Shown here piece by piece: positions 25,627 through 36,513 of a DNA stretch of 64,000 bases. The notes beneath the pieces are model-generated. The model made no database searches. It was not told the origin of the DNA and saw only the letters and a list, made by a program, of their open reading frames with translations. The position numbers and the translations under genes are program-made. This DNA is from Psammoneis japonica (taxonomy: Eukaryota), in contig QPGO01000055.1 of assembly GCA_008632985.1 (NCBI GenBank), positions 287,100-351,099 of the forward strand. The letters run 5' to 3'. Numbering within the stretch: the first letter of the stretch is position 1; the number at the start of each line of letters is the position of its first letter.

Positions 25627-26553
25627 GACGCGTTCCAGGTCTAGGTGGGACCTCGCACTGCTGAACTGTGACATCGATGGTTTTTTGAATCTCGTCGTAT
25701 GTCGCGCACGTAGAATTCTACGTGATTTTTTTATATTTTGTGTCATTTTACGGTACACTTATTGAGCGATCCGTCCAAAAACTTTTGACATTTTTTGTTA
25801 CAGCGCGATTCTATAATGTCTTAAGAATCGCGTAGGGCAGGTGCATTTGCAAAAACGTCGAGTGGTAAGAGGCATAATTGTACCACAAACTTGGCCGTTT
25901 ATTTGATGTTGAAGACACACACATACATTAACACGGGATCCACGGGTGCACCCGGGAATTGCGGGATGAAAGGGGAAAGGGGCAAATGGGAATGTTGGGA
26001 AAGTAAGGGGCCATTGTTGTGCCTCAAGGGTCCCTTTAGTGAGCCGAACACGCACATTTGCCATCTGACCATCATGGGTCCGTCTTATGGGGGGTGTCAA
26101 AATGTTGTGACGGGACGCGTCTTGAGGATTAATCGTTATATAATATATTTGGCTATGAAGGTTATATAAAGTTGAAAAACGTACGTGCGCGTTTTTTATG
26201 TGTGCCGTTTTCAGATTTATATAATATTAATGGTCAGATATATAATATATAAAATTATTTCTCGAGACCGCGTCTGCTCTCACAATTTAACGACCCCCGA
26301 AAGGACGGACCTACGAGGGTCAAATCAGCAATGAGCGTGTTTGGCTGACTAAAGGGTCCCTCAAGGTAAAATAATAGCATGTCACTTTTCCACCATTCAC
26401 ATTTGCCCCTTTCCCCTTTCATCCCGCATTTCGCAGATTCCCCTGGTGCATCCGCGGATCCCGTGTTAATTAAATTCTCGCACTGCGGAGCTCGCACGTA
26501 GAATTCTACGGGCCCAATGTCACACGGAGTCCCACCTGGGGCTGGAACACGTC
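25627..26553. mobile_element. Related GAC...GTC MITE (copy 2), TpA-intact, with a nested foldback element
   Basis: Same TIR pattern; TSD CTTT (25623-25626 / 26554-26557); removal restores EIGNGK-DDDLLQH. Confidence 0.9.
25932..26465. mobile_element. 534-bp foldback MITE flanked by TTAA (piggyBac-like, non-autonomous)
   Basis: TTAA|CACGGGATCC ... GGATCCCGTG|TTAA; imperfect inverted arms of ~250 bp around a ~25-nt loop near 26181-26205. Confidence 0.8.
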
Positions 26554-27760
26554 CTTTGCCGTTTCCAATCTCGAAACCTTTCTCACCACCGTGGTCCTTG
26601 GCAAAACACCACAATGGATGCATGTGGCACCCTGAGTCAAAGGCACGACGTTGGAAATTTTGGCACCATGCGCGTGTCCCAGGAGGAGAGTCATCATGAC
26701 ATGCAGGAGGTTCCCTGAACAACATTTTCTGGTCAGGAGTCGAGCTCATGATGAAAAGAGCACCATCGTCAAGGATGCACGATCGGATGCATCAATGTGG
26801 TGATGGAATCCATGGTCACAAGGGACGAGAGAACTCTGGAGAGCAACTTCGCCATCTTCTTTGCAGTCGCAGCGTTCACAAACATCTTTTGGCAGCATGT
26901 TTGGATTGAAGAGGTGTTTGGATGCAATGGAAGATGCAGCACTTCCGGGTGACTTGGCAGAAGCAGCAGAAGGCAGAGCGTGGCTCGACGCATGTGCACT
27001 GAGTGCGTTGACCAAGTCATTCACACTCGCCGCAGCAGATCCTGTGGTTTTCTGAGGAGGAGACGGAGGCTGCTTTTTCTGCTGGTGGGGTGCAAGAGAG
27101 AATTCGTTCCAACTGCGACAGCTCCACATCATGTCCGGATCAACACGCACATGTTGGGCAGATGTGGCAATGAACAGAGATTGTTTGCCATTCTGAAGAT
27201 TCGTCTTGATCATCTTTGATGAGATCGGAGTCGTCAGGCGGACTGGACGAGGCCTTTGAGGGTCAAGAAGTCTGAGCGGGGCTTGATCCACAATCGTCTT
27301 GATTGATTCTATGTCCGTGGGATCAGCTGTGTAAGGTGGAAACGCTTCGTGGATGAAACAATCACAAAGTGTGTCCGCAAAATCGTTCTTGGGTTGCGCA
27401 TGCTCTGGATCGTCAAAAAATCGATCGAGATCAGTTGTGGAGTCTGCACAAACCGCACTCAGGCACTGATGTAGATGTGGCATCGTTGTGTGTGCCTCAA
27501 ATTTGCAGCAGATCTCTGCAATTGACGTGGGAGCGGCTTTTGCAAGGTCGGGAGACGCCATGGTTTTAGTGGGTGGAGCCATTTTTGGTCATGCACGTGT
27601 GGAAATCTGGCATGTTTCTACGACCGTGAAAAATGCCGGGAAAGCGAGATAAAAAGTTGTCTGATCAGACGATGAGGCTCGCTTGATCGGCTCACAAAAC
27701 AAATGAATCGAAGTGGAAAGCTTGGCGCAGAGGTCTGTGGCACAGCGTGTGGCCACAACC

Positions 27761-27955
27761 TGACAGAATGCTGAAGGTCGACCGTGACAGAGGTGTGAAA
27801 GACTCCCTGAAGCACCAGGACTGTGACAACACGAGTGCCAGCAGATGAGAAAAGTGAGAAGCAGATCTCAGAGAGATCTGCTCATCTGTCCAAATGGTCC
27901 AGCCATCATCTGCACCCAGTCTGTCCATCCTGCGACAGGTGCAGATGGGCTGACA
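27761..27955 (-). repeat. Copia 5' LTR
   Basis: PBS-like GGTTGTGGCCACAC immediately internal; TSD GACGG external. Confidence 0.95.
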
Positions 27956-29059
27956 GACGGTGGCACTGCAGGTCAAGGACCTGGATCTCCCAATGTCCCT
28001 CAAGATGATGCCCCTCCCCCACTCCGCCTGCGACCGCATGGGGCCCATCACGGTTAAAAGGGCAGAGATGTTGCAAAGTCCTCCTGACCCTCTTTGTTTG
28101 AAATGGTTCATTGCATCCATGCAGGCCCTTTGCAGGTTTAACCGAGCGATGGGGGTGACTTTGTAGCTTCCATTTGCTGTCTGTGTGTGAGTGTCTGTCC
28201 ACTCGAATGTAGACGGAGGCACCGCTTGCATGCATGATGGCACACATTGTCGAGGTTTCCTTCTCTGCAATGTGCTCATGCAAGCAATGAAGCCATTCAG
28301 AAATTTCACATTTAGAGACCAAACATTGATTGGCCAATGTCTTGCTTCATCAAGCCAACGGGGCTTTTGACTCAGCTCAGATGCCGTGCAACTGCCAAGT
28401 CACTTCTCCTGGGTGCAAATGATGCACCATCGACCTTCTCCATGCATGGTTGCTGTCCAGTTTGGCCATGAGACGAAGTGTCAGCGGGCCGGTGGAAATC
28501 ACAAATCTTTGACTTGCGGGGCCGCAGGGGGTGCAGAGTGCAGAGTGCCGACAACACCATGAGCAGCATCCCATGGGAAAACTTGCCGCGCCACTTTCAA
28601 GATTTTGCATGTCACCATGACGCAGCTCTGTCCCTCGCCGCGGCACGGCAACTGGTTGTTGACAAAGAACATGCTCGCGCTTGGCCTGACGCACCTTGCA
28701 CTCTCCACCGGGAACAGCTCTGCACTCTCTTGAAAGAAGATTTAGAAACACCAGCACACTCTGCACAGCTTCATTTTCTGCTAGAATTGCAAGGCGCAAG
28801 GCGCAGATGAGCCATCATGGCGGCAAAAACTTCAAAATGTGAATGCCAGCGAGACGCGAGAAAAAATGTGTTTTCAGTTTTCAGTCGTGCGTGCGTGTGT
28901 CATGTGGAGTTTTTGCAAAAATGATGTGTTTTCATTTAAATCTGTGTAAAGTAAATGCGTGTGTAACGGACACAACGGAAACATTTGTTTTACAACTCTG
29001 ATTCAGTGCAAATTTTTCGAAAATTTGGCCAGAATTTTGCCAACTTCATCGTTGTCGGA

Positions 29060-31680
29060 TGTGGCTGTTTGTGTTTTTCTCACGCAGCCGCTTTTCGGTG
29101 TTTGGTTCGTGTTCGTGAATTCGTGACGGCTGCCTTCTATTGGGAATGGCCGAATGCAACGAAATGAGCCCCGTTTTGTCTTTCTCCGACAGTCCAATTC
29201 AAAGATGACTTTGTTTTTTGGAAGAATCAATTTTGAGAGTGCGTCAAAATGTCTCGAGTTATGACCAATGACTTCAAGGCGAAGGGCCTATTTTCAATTT
29301 TTTTGTGATTGTGACTTGTGAAGTGCTCTTTTGTGCCTTGTCATTTCGACGAATGATTCCTCTGTGCCGCTTTGCAATGCCTTCGTTGTGTCTCTTGATG
29401 GATGATGAAACGGTAAATCCGACAGATGACCGATGTCAGGTCCACATTGAAAAATGCCAAAAGGCATTGTCGGCTGCTCATGACTCATGTCATCAAAAAA
29501 TCAGTGACCTCCAGGCCGAAGCTCAGTTGTTCTCTCCTTCGCCTTGCGGGCCGCTCCTGAAAGTGACTCACAAAATCTCAGTTTGCTGCGCATTCTGAGA
29601 CCAGCCATGAGGTTCTTGCTGGGCACGCTTCTCAGCACTGCACTTGGTGGAGTCAATTTGTCCTCTCTTCGAGGAATCCCATCCACCGCCAATGACAGGG
29701 ACCTTGCGGCAACAGATGAAGTTCATTTCCGATGCACTCTCGACCCAATTGAAGAAGTCGAAACAGGAGGCCCGTGTGACAATGACAACGGACCGTCAGA
29801 GGAAACAGTGACATGCACCGAGACTTCGATGGTTGCACACATGGACAAAATTGCCGAGATGTTCATCAACGAGATGGAAGGCTACACACCAACGGGTGGG
29901 GAACATTGGGTAGATTCAGTGATGCACGCACAAGGCAAAGAGGAAATCAAAACGACTCTCAAGACAGACATTTTCGCCAAGCTAAAGGTCTTCATTGGAG
30001 GGGTCTCAAGCAAAAGAAGAAACATCGACCTAAATCAGCACCCCATTTTAGGAGGCCATCGCGCTCGGAAGCTGCAAACAACTGCAGCCGGCGATGAAAC
30101 CGAACAAGAGGCAGGTTACGACGAAGCGGATAAAAGTGTGAAAAAAATGACATCTGCGTTAGAACACGAGAATGAGGAGCCCTCTATTTCTGGGGACATT
30201 CATCGCCCAATGCAGAACAAGAAGAAAAACAGGAAGAAGAAGAAAAGGAAAAAGAGGCGAATGTTTTCTCTGAATGACAAGGTCCACTGTGAGCTGTGCC
30301 TTTCAGATAACATGGATGGAGGCAGGCTTCGGAGGCTTCGTGCTCTGGCAGCCATCAGCTCTTTTGAGCCCAACTTTGAAGTCTGGATGAATGATCGCAT
30401 TTGCGAAGAGATCGTCAAGGACTGTGCGGAGATTGCAATCACAAGCACAACGTTCTCGAGGATTGAGAACGGAAGCGTGACACACACAAGCGGTCCGTCT
30501 CCACCTCTTCCAGGATGGGAAGAGCCACTGGCAGAGGATGGAGACGATGGGCTTCCACGAGATCCAGGCGGGGACGGCGGCACTCATCCAGACGATGGGC
30601 CTCCATCAGATCTGGGCGTGGACGGTGGCACTCCAGCACTAGATGCAGGAGAAGAAGGAACTGCAGGTCAAGGACCTGGATCTCCCGATGTCCCTCAAGA
30701 TGATGCCCCTCCCACTCCGCCTGCGACCGCATCGGGCCCATCACGGTCGAAAGGGCAGAGACGTTGCAAGTCCTGCTGACCCTTTTCCTTTGAAATGGTT
30801 CATTGCATCCATGCAGGCCCTTTGTTAGTTTAACGGAGCGGTGAGGGTGTTTAGTGAAATTTTAGCTTCTATTTGCCATCTGTGTGTGAGTGTCTCTCCA
30901 TTCGAATGTAGACGGAGGCACCGCTTGCATGCATGACAGCACACATTGTCGAGGTTCCTTCTCTGCAATCTGCTCATGCAAGTCCTCCATGCATGGTTGT
31001 TATCCACATTAATGATGAGATCAAGTGTCAACAGGGTGGTGCATCATTTGGCATGATGGAGTGCACACAGAATGGCTTCAAGGAAATTCTAAATCTTCGA
31101 CCGGCGGCATCGTAAGGGGGTGTAGAATGCAGAATGCCGACAACACCACGAGCAGCATCCCACGGTAAAGCTTGTCGTGCCACTTTCGAGATTTTGCATG
31201 TCACCACGACGCAGCTCTGTCCCTCGCCGCAGCACGGCAACGCCAGCGATCGTTGCCTGTTGCAGAATCTTTTTCTTTCACACAAGATGTCGACGAAGAA
31301 CATGCTCGCGCTCGGCCTAACGCACTTCGCACTCTCCACCAGGCACAGCTCTACACTCTCTTGAAAGAAGATTTAGAAACACCAGCACACTCTGCACGGC
31401 TTCTTTTTCTGCTAGAATTGCAAAGCGCAAGACGCAATGAGCCATGGCATGAGAGTGTGTTTTCAGTTTTCAGTCGTGCGCATTAGCTTGTGCAGTTTTT
31501 ATCAAAATAATATGTTTTCATACAAATCCTTATAAAGTAAATTTGTTTATAACGGACACAACGGAAATATGTGTTATACAACTCTTCATAAATTCTAACA
31601 AGAATATCTGATTCAGTGCCAAATTTTTCGAAAATTTGGCCAGAATTTTGCCTTCAAAACCAAACTTCGTCGTCGTCCGT
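29060..31680 (+). repeat. Copy B of a ~2.6-2.9 kb tandem duplication (copy A = 11050-29055 minus TE insertions)
   Basis: 29060-29350 matches 11050-11395; both units end in AAATTTTTCGAAAATTTGGCCAGAATTTTGCC. Confidence 0.85.
29607..30779 (+). CDS. Putative secreted protein of unknown function, partly TpA-depleted (possibly decaying)
   Basis: MRFLLGTLLSTALGGVNLSSLRG signal-like start, Lys-rich tract, Gly/Asp/Pro-rich C-terminal repeats; no TE domain recognised. Confidence 0.5.
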   Translation: MRFLLGTLLSTALGGVNLSSLRGIPSTANDRDLAATDEVHFRCTLDPIEEVETGGPCDNDNGPSEETVTCTETSMVAHMDKIAEMFINEMEGYTPTGGEHWVDSVMHAQGKEEIKTTLKTDIFAKLKVFIGGVSSKRRNIDLNQHPILGGHRARKLQTTAAGDETEQEAGYDEADKSVKKMTSALEHENEEPSISGDIHRPMQNKKKNRKKKKRKKRRMFSLNDKVHCELCLSDNMDGGRLRRLRALAAISSFEPNFEVWMNDRICEEIVKDCAEIAITSTTFSRIENGSVTHTSGPSPPLPGWEEPLAEDGDDGLPRDPGGDGGTHPDDGPPSDLGVDGGTPALDAGEEGTAGQGPGSPDVPQDDAPPTPPATASGPSRSKGQRRCKSC

Positions 31681-31792
31681 GTCCTTCCTCGCGTCGTCAA
31701 CCTAAACCGCATCGCAACACTGCGGACTGCTGACATCTGCCAAAGTCGGTTCGTGTCACTAGAATCCAAAACTCGGCATTATCAACATCACG

Positions 31793-34700
31793 ATGTATCG
31801 CTGCACAACTAGTTCAAAGTATCTGTCTTCGAGCCAACCAGCGAGTGGCTCGAGTACCGCCGGAGGACTTCATCCTGAAATTTTCGTCAGAAACTCGCGT
31901 GTGAACGAGGATGATGTAAGTTCAATCCAAGTCGGCGAAAGTGTTGTGGGGGATCCATCTGTGAGCGAATCAAACTATAGCAGCGGAAAAACTAGCAAGC
32001 AAGAACTAGACATGCTTTTCGATATCCCTGAATCGACTGAAGTCGTTGCTGCAACAGAAACGAGCGAATCATCGTCAACAGATCGCTACGAAGTTGCTGA
32101 TGCCGGATCCTATGCAACGTCAACAATGCGCCCACCTCCACCCCCGCAGCACCCCAGATCCCCATCTCGTAAGGTACCAGAGAATACAAAAGGGTCAAGG
32201 AGGCAAGATAAGTCACCATCAGCATCTATGAGAAAGGCTTCCAAGATGCAGAAGGCTCCTGCGGTCACACCATCTCCAAAGAGAGGTTTCTTCTCTGGTC
32301 GGGCACGAAAAGAAGCAGCAGCAACAAGACCAAAAACAGCACAACCGCGACTGATGCCAGCAGCAAGGGTGAAGTCACAGTACCAATATCCAATAAGCAG
32401 CCGCGTACCCTGGGTATATCTGCTTGTACTTATCTTTCGCTCTTGGTTGCCAATCCGGGTATCAAAACGGCTTCAACGGAACATGTTGTACGAGATACTC
32501 TATTGAGTCAAATTGACTGGATGATGGCGCAACAAGAGTCGAAGAAAAAGAGCAAGAGAAATCGCAGCCAGAAGCAACTGCCGGTGGATGTCGATGACGT
32601 CTCCTTTGTCCACGAGAGTGTCGACCAGGTGGTTGAGGTTGCAACAGAGCGTGTGGAGGAAGGGAATTATTCTGAGGCAATCGACTTGTACATGGGGTTA
32701 CTCGTCACTCAGCGGAAGAGGGCCAATACGGAGGATGACATGGCGTGCACACTTAGTGGATTGACGGTCTTGCATCTTTTAAAGAAAGACCCGGTTAACG
32801 CGCTACAATGTGCACAAGCAGCTCTGAAACTATCGCGAGAAAGCAACAACACCAGTCTGCGCCAAGAGCGCGTTGCCACGAGCTTGGCGCAAGTAGGAAC
32901 AGCACATTATTGCGCTAGCTATACTCATCAAGCTCAAGTGGCTTGGCGAGAATCGCTTCAAATAGCTTGCAAGGTTTTAGGCTATGAACACTCGCACGTT
33001 GCGTTGCTTCTGAACAACATGGGATGTGCTCACTGCGAATCCGGAAAGTATGTCGAGGCTCTGGCTACTTTTCAAGAATCGCTCTCACTTCAACGTAGCG
33101 GATTGGGTGCTTCGAATGAAAACGCAGACGTTGCGCTCTTGAATATTGCCTGCACCCTGGGCAATATGAGTATGGTAGCCGCCAAACGAAGGCAATATTC
33201 CGCTTCAGTTGCGTTAGTAGAGGAAGCTCTTATGATTCAAGAGTCTGTTTTACCCCAAACTGGGAGCCATTCCCTTGAAATTGCAAGAGATCACTTGGAT
33301 TTGTGGACTCGTCTCACGAGACAGACCGAACAGACAACCAAGGTACCGGACATTACAATGGCTCCTCTTCTCCCGCTACTCGAATCCCAAACTCACGTCT
33401 GTTTGTTTTGTTTTCATCATAGAAGGATCGTCTTCACATCATTGAGACACTGGGAAACTCAGAGTCCCCAACCGTTTTTGGAGATAGCTGTGGTATACCG
33501 ATGCGAACAAAAGCGGTCTTCCAAGACAATTCAGACTTGATCTTGTTGGGGTCGGTAGTGAATGAATGGACTTGCACGCAGCGTGTCAAAGAAACAACGC
33601 AAGTTAATTTTGAAAGCATGGTTTTCCATCCCTCAAAGTTCGTTCCAAAACTGCCGGGTAGTCAAAGCATGGGCCCACAGCGCCAGGTATCGTCCGTTCC
33701 TGTCGATTTGGACGGCGGCGAGGTCATTGATGCTGAATTGCACCTGGAAGATATTTATCACCAGGCCATGAGCCATCTGAAGGTGAGTTACACAGATACG
33801 GTTTGGTATGCAGATCTTTGTTGGAAGCTTCCCATATCTGATCAATCGAGTCCCGTACTACCTATTTTGCTTCCTTAACCTTACTTTGCTTTGTTTTCCG
33901 TAGTATCATGAAATCGAAGAGGCTGTCGATCTTTTTGAAAGCACCTTGATAAATCACAAAGAAAAGTACGGTGAGATTCATCACTTGGTGGGTACTGCCC
34001 ATCATAATATAGGAACAGTTCTGTTATTCGCTGAGAACTATGAGAAGGCTCTCGAAAGGTTTCAAGAAGCAACAAATGTGAGGACTGCGGCGCTGGGCCC
34101 CGACCATCCAGACGTGTCGGTAAGTATCCCATTGGCGTTGTTCGTTTGTTGCGTTTCTTCTCCAACCCCTGTAATCCCCTTCAACCCATATGTTTCCTCT
34201 AATAGGCTTCCTTGTTGAAAAAAGGAATTGTTCAGCTTGCAAAGGAAGACCTAGATGGTGCGCATGTAACCTTTTCTCAAGTCTTGCATGTTCGGCGAAA
34301 GGTAGGCGGTTATAACGACGTAGAGGTTGCAACGGTCCTCAACAACATTGGGTGTGTCCATTATGAGTTAGGCGGGCTCTTATCATCCCTTAAAGCCCTT
34401 GAGGAATGTCTTGAAATACAGCGTCGGCATTTTGAAGGAGCATCAAAGCAAGTGTACGACAACGGCGTCGTTTCATCACAGCAGGAGCTGGCCATGGCTA
34501 ATACATTGTGCAATATTGGGTTCTTATTGTACAAACAGAACCAGCACGACAAGTCAATTGCTGCGTTTGAAGAAGCATTGGCTATACAGAAGAAATTCCT
34601 CCCCACAACAGAGGAGCAGAGCGAGATGACAATGAAGAATTTAGCGCATGTGATGGCCACCTCTAGAGCTTTGGCCTCTAGAGAACAAAGCCAAGCCATT

Positions 34701-34851
34701 GAAAAGGTATGCGTGGTTACAATGAAAGAATCTGCTTGTATCTGATCCCTTATCGTCGACATCTTACCCGTACTTTGTCACTTGATTGTGATTGGCGTTG
34801 TAGCTCGCACTGATGTACATGGATATGCTGAGATGCGGGTACCAAGGGTAG
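31793..34851 (+). CDS. TPR-repeat (kinesin-light-chain-like) protein, multi-exon; unexplained frame change at ~32170-32440
   Basis: VALLLNNMG, GTAHHNIG, LGPDHPDV, VATVLNNIG, MANTLCNIG; GT-AG introns starting ~33342, 33783, 34120, 34707. Confidence 0.85.
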
Positions 34852-35280
34852 GTTTGGCATCCTTCTGTCAGCTTTCAAGAGAACGATGAATAGCGCAATC
34901 AAAGGTCAGCCAAGTATGTTCAAGTTCTGCGTTATATGGAAAAAGGTAGATGCGACGTGTCACCTATTCGCATTCTCTGGATTTGCGGCCGAAGATGCTA
35001 TCGGTACAGTAAGTTGAAAGTACTCTAACACATGGGGGTTGGTAGTTATCCTCTATTATGACTAGCTCTAGAGGTATCTACTTCTAGTCTCAAGCTAGTA
35101 GAGAGAAAAGAGCGAACTTCCAAGGCACGAGCTTCGCACAGAATGGCAAAACTTTGGTCCAGTGTCCACATCCGGGTTTTTCCCGACACAACAGACGCCT
35201 CTTTCTGTTTTATTTTATTTCTTGCGATGGCTTTCATCTTTATCTTTTATTTCTCACTGTATGCTCAACTCACGTCAACT

Positions 35281-36288
35281 ATGATGCTTGCAAAACTAAG
35301 TAGCCTTTCATTGGTTTGCTTTTTAGCTACCACAGGATGTCTCGCTCTATCAACACCGTCGCCCAACCGCGTTGCAGTCATTGGAGGTACCGGTCGTCTC
35401 GGGAGGTTGGCTGTAAGGAAATTAGTAGAGAGTGGTGTGGGTGTCAATTGTCTCGTGAGATTTGATCCAGCAAAAGTAACTGCAGCCAGCGAAGGAGAAA
35501 TCAATCCTGAAGAGGCGACTTCGGAGCAAGCAAAGCAGTATCTCAAGTCGCTTCCAAACGTCAAGTTGATTCAGGGCGATTTGTCATCTCTAGAGGATCT
35601 TAAGGAGCTGACGCGAGATTGTTCGGCATGTTTGGCACTTCACGGTGCTGTACGCAAGTCCAAGCTGTCTGATATTTGGAATAAGGATGCTGAAAAGGAT
35701 GCGGGTCATGCAAAGATTGTTAACTATGAAGGTATTGGACATTTAATATCTGCCGCGAAAGATTCCCAATCCTGTAAGCGAATTGTTAGGATCACGGGAA
35801 AGGGCGAAGATCCGAAATCCTTCTTTTCCGTCTTGATCAACATGTTTGGTAGTATGGCAAAAGGCTGGAACTATGAAGGAGAGTGTTTGCTGAGAAATTC
35901 AGATGTTGATTACACCATTATTCGACCTGGAGTGATGCAGAACCTTGAACGAAAGGAACCGATTCTCAATCTCGCTGACAATGGAGCCGACCTTAAGGTT
36001 ACTCCAGTTGCTTATTCTGACATTGCCTCTTTGGCAGTGGAATGCCTAGACTATCCAAACACTGCAAGAAGTACGCTGACGGCCATGAATGTGGCAGACG
36101 GTGAGAAAGGAGAAGCCACGTATACGCCTTTGATGGCCAAAGTTCAACCGGACAGCCGTCACTTTCCGTCGACGCTCATTTCAGAGCATAAACGCGCTGT
36201 TCGAAACACAGTCGCAGCATTGGGCACAGCATTTACAGCTGTGGTCATTGGAGCCTTGGCATTCATAAAGGCAAGAATCTTTGGCTAG
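35281..36288 (+). CDS. NAD(P)-binding Rossmann-fold (atypical SDR-like) protein with signal peptide and C-terminal TM helix
   Basis: VAVIGGTGRLG, VNYEG, DYTIIRPG, DIASLAV. Confidence 0.88.
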   Translation: MMLAKLSSLSLVCFLATTGCLALSTPSPNRVAVIGGTGRLGRLAVRKLVESGVGVNCLVRFDPAKVTAASEGEINPEEATSEQAKQYLKSLPNVKLIQGDLSSLEDLKELTRDCSACLALHGAVRKSKLSDIWNKDAEKDAGHAKIVNYEGIGHLISAAKDSQSCKRIVRITGKGEDPKSFFSVLINMFGSMAKGWNYEGECLLRNSDVDYTIIRPGVMQNLERKEPILNLADNGADLKVTPVAYSDIASLAVECLDYPNTARSTLTAMNVADGEKGEATYTPLMAKVQPDSRHFPSTLISEHKRAVRNTVAALGTAFTAVVIGALAFIKARIFG

Positions 36289-36513
36289 AATCAATACATT
36301 ACAATACGTCAAAGGGCGGACATACGAAGAGGATGCAATGACAAAGCGCAAAAATGCTGGACAAACAAGTTATCCTTCCAAGACGAAAAGCAAATCTCTA
36401 TACGAAAACACTGCTCTACCGGAATAATGAATCAATCGAGGCCAAACAATAGAACTAACGGAATAATCTATTTTGATTTTCAACCTTAACATGCTACCTT
36501 TCATCTACTGGTT

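Larger units (their letters stand above)
18978..27955 (-). mobile_element. Full-length Ty1/Copia LTR retrotransposon (diatom CoDi-like), hypermutated, with nested insertions
   Basis: 195-bp TG...CA LTRs, TSD GATGG/GACGG, PPT GGGGAGGG (19173-19180), PBS GGTTGTGGCC; WHQRLGH, MDQGGE..VER (integrase), QVDDF (RT), RSTTG..SSTEAEF..DNKSAI..RHIEI (RNase H). Confidence 0.96.
17490..28090 (+). pseudogene. Copy A of a duplicated secreted-protein gene, split by a TRIM (17673-18119) and a Copia (18978-27955)
   Basis: Segments 17490-17672, 18124-18977 and 27961-28090 are collinear with the uninterrupted copy at 29607-30779. Confidence 0.8.

Noticed and set aside
25927..26470. Viral terminal hairpin or replication origin
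   Set aside because: The TTAA duplication and position inside another MITE fit a foldback transposon; no viral genes nearby.
11454..31480. Classical RIP or CpG methylation decay as the sole explanation
   Set aside because: RIP increases TpA, and CpG decay cannot turn Tyr into Cys/His. CpG decay is present (Arg->Cys/His/TGA) but as a second layer.
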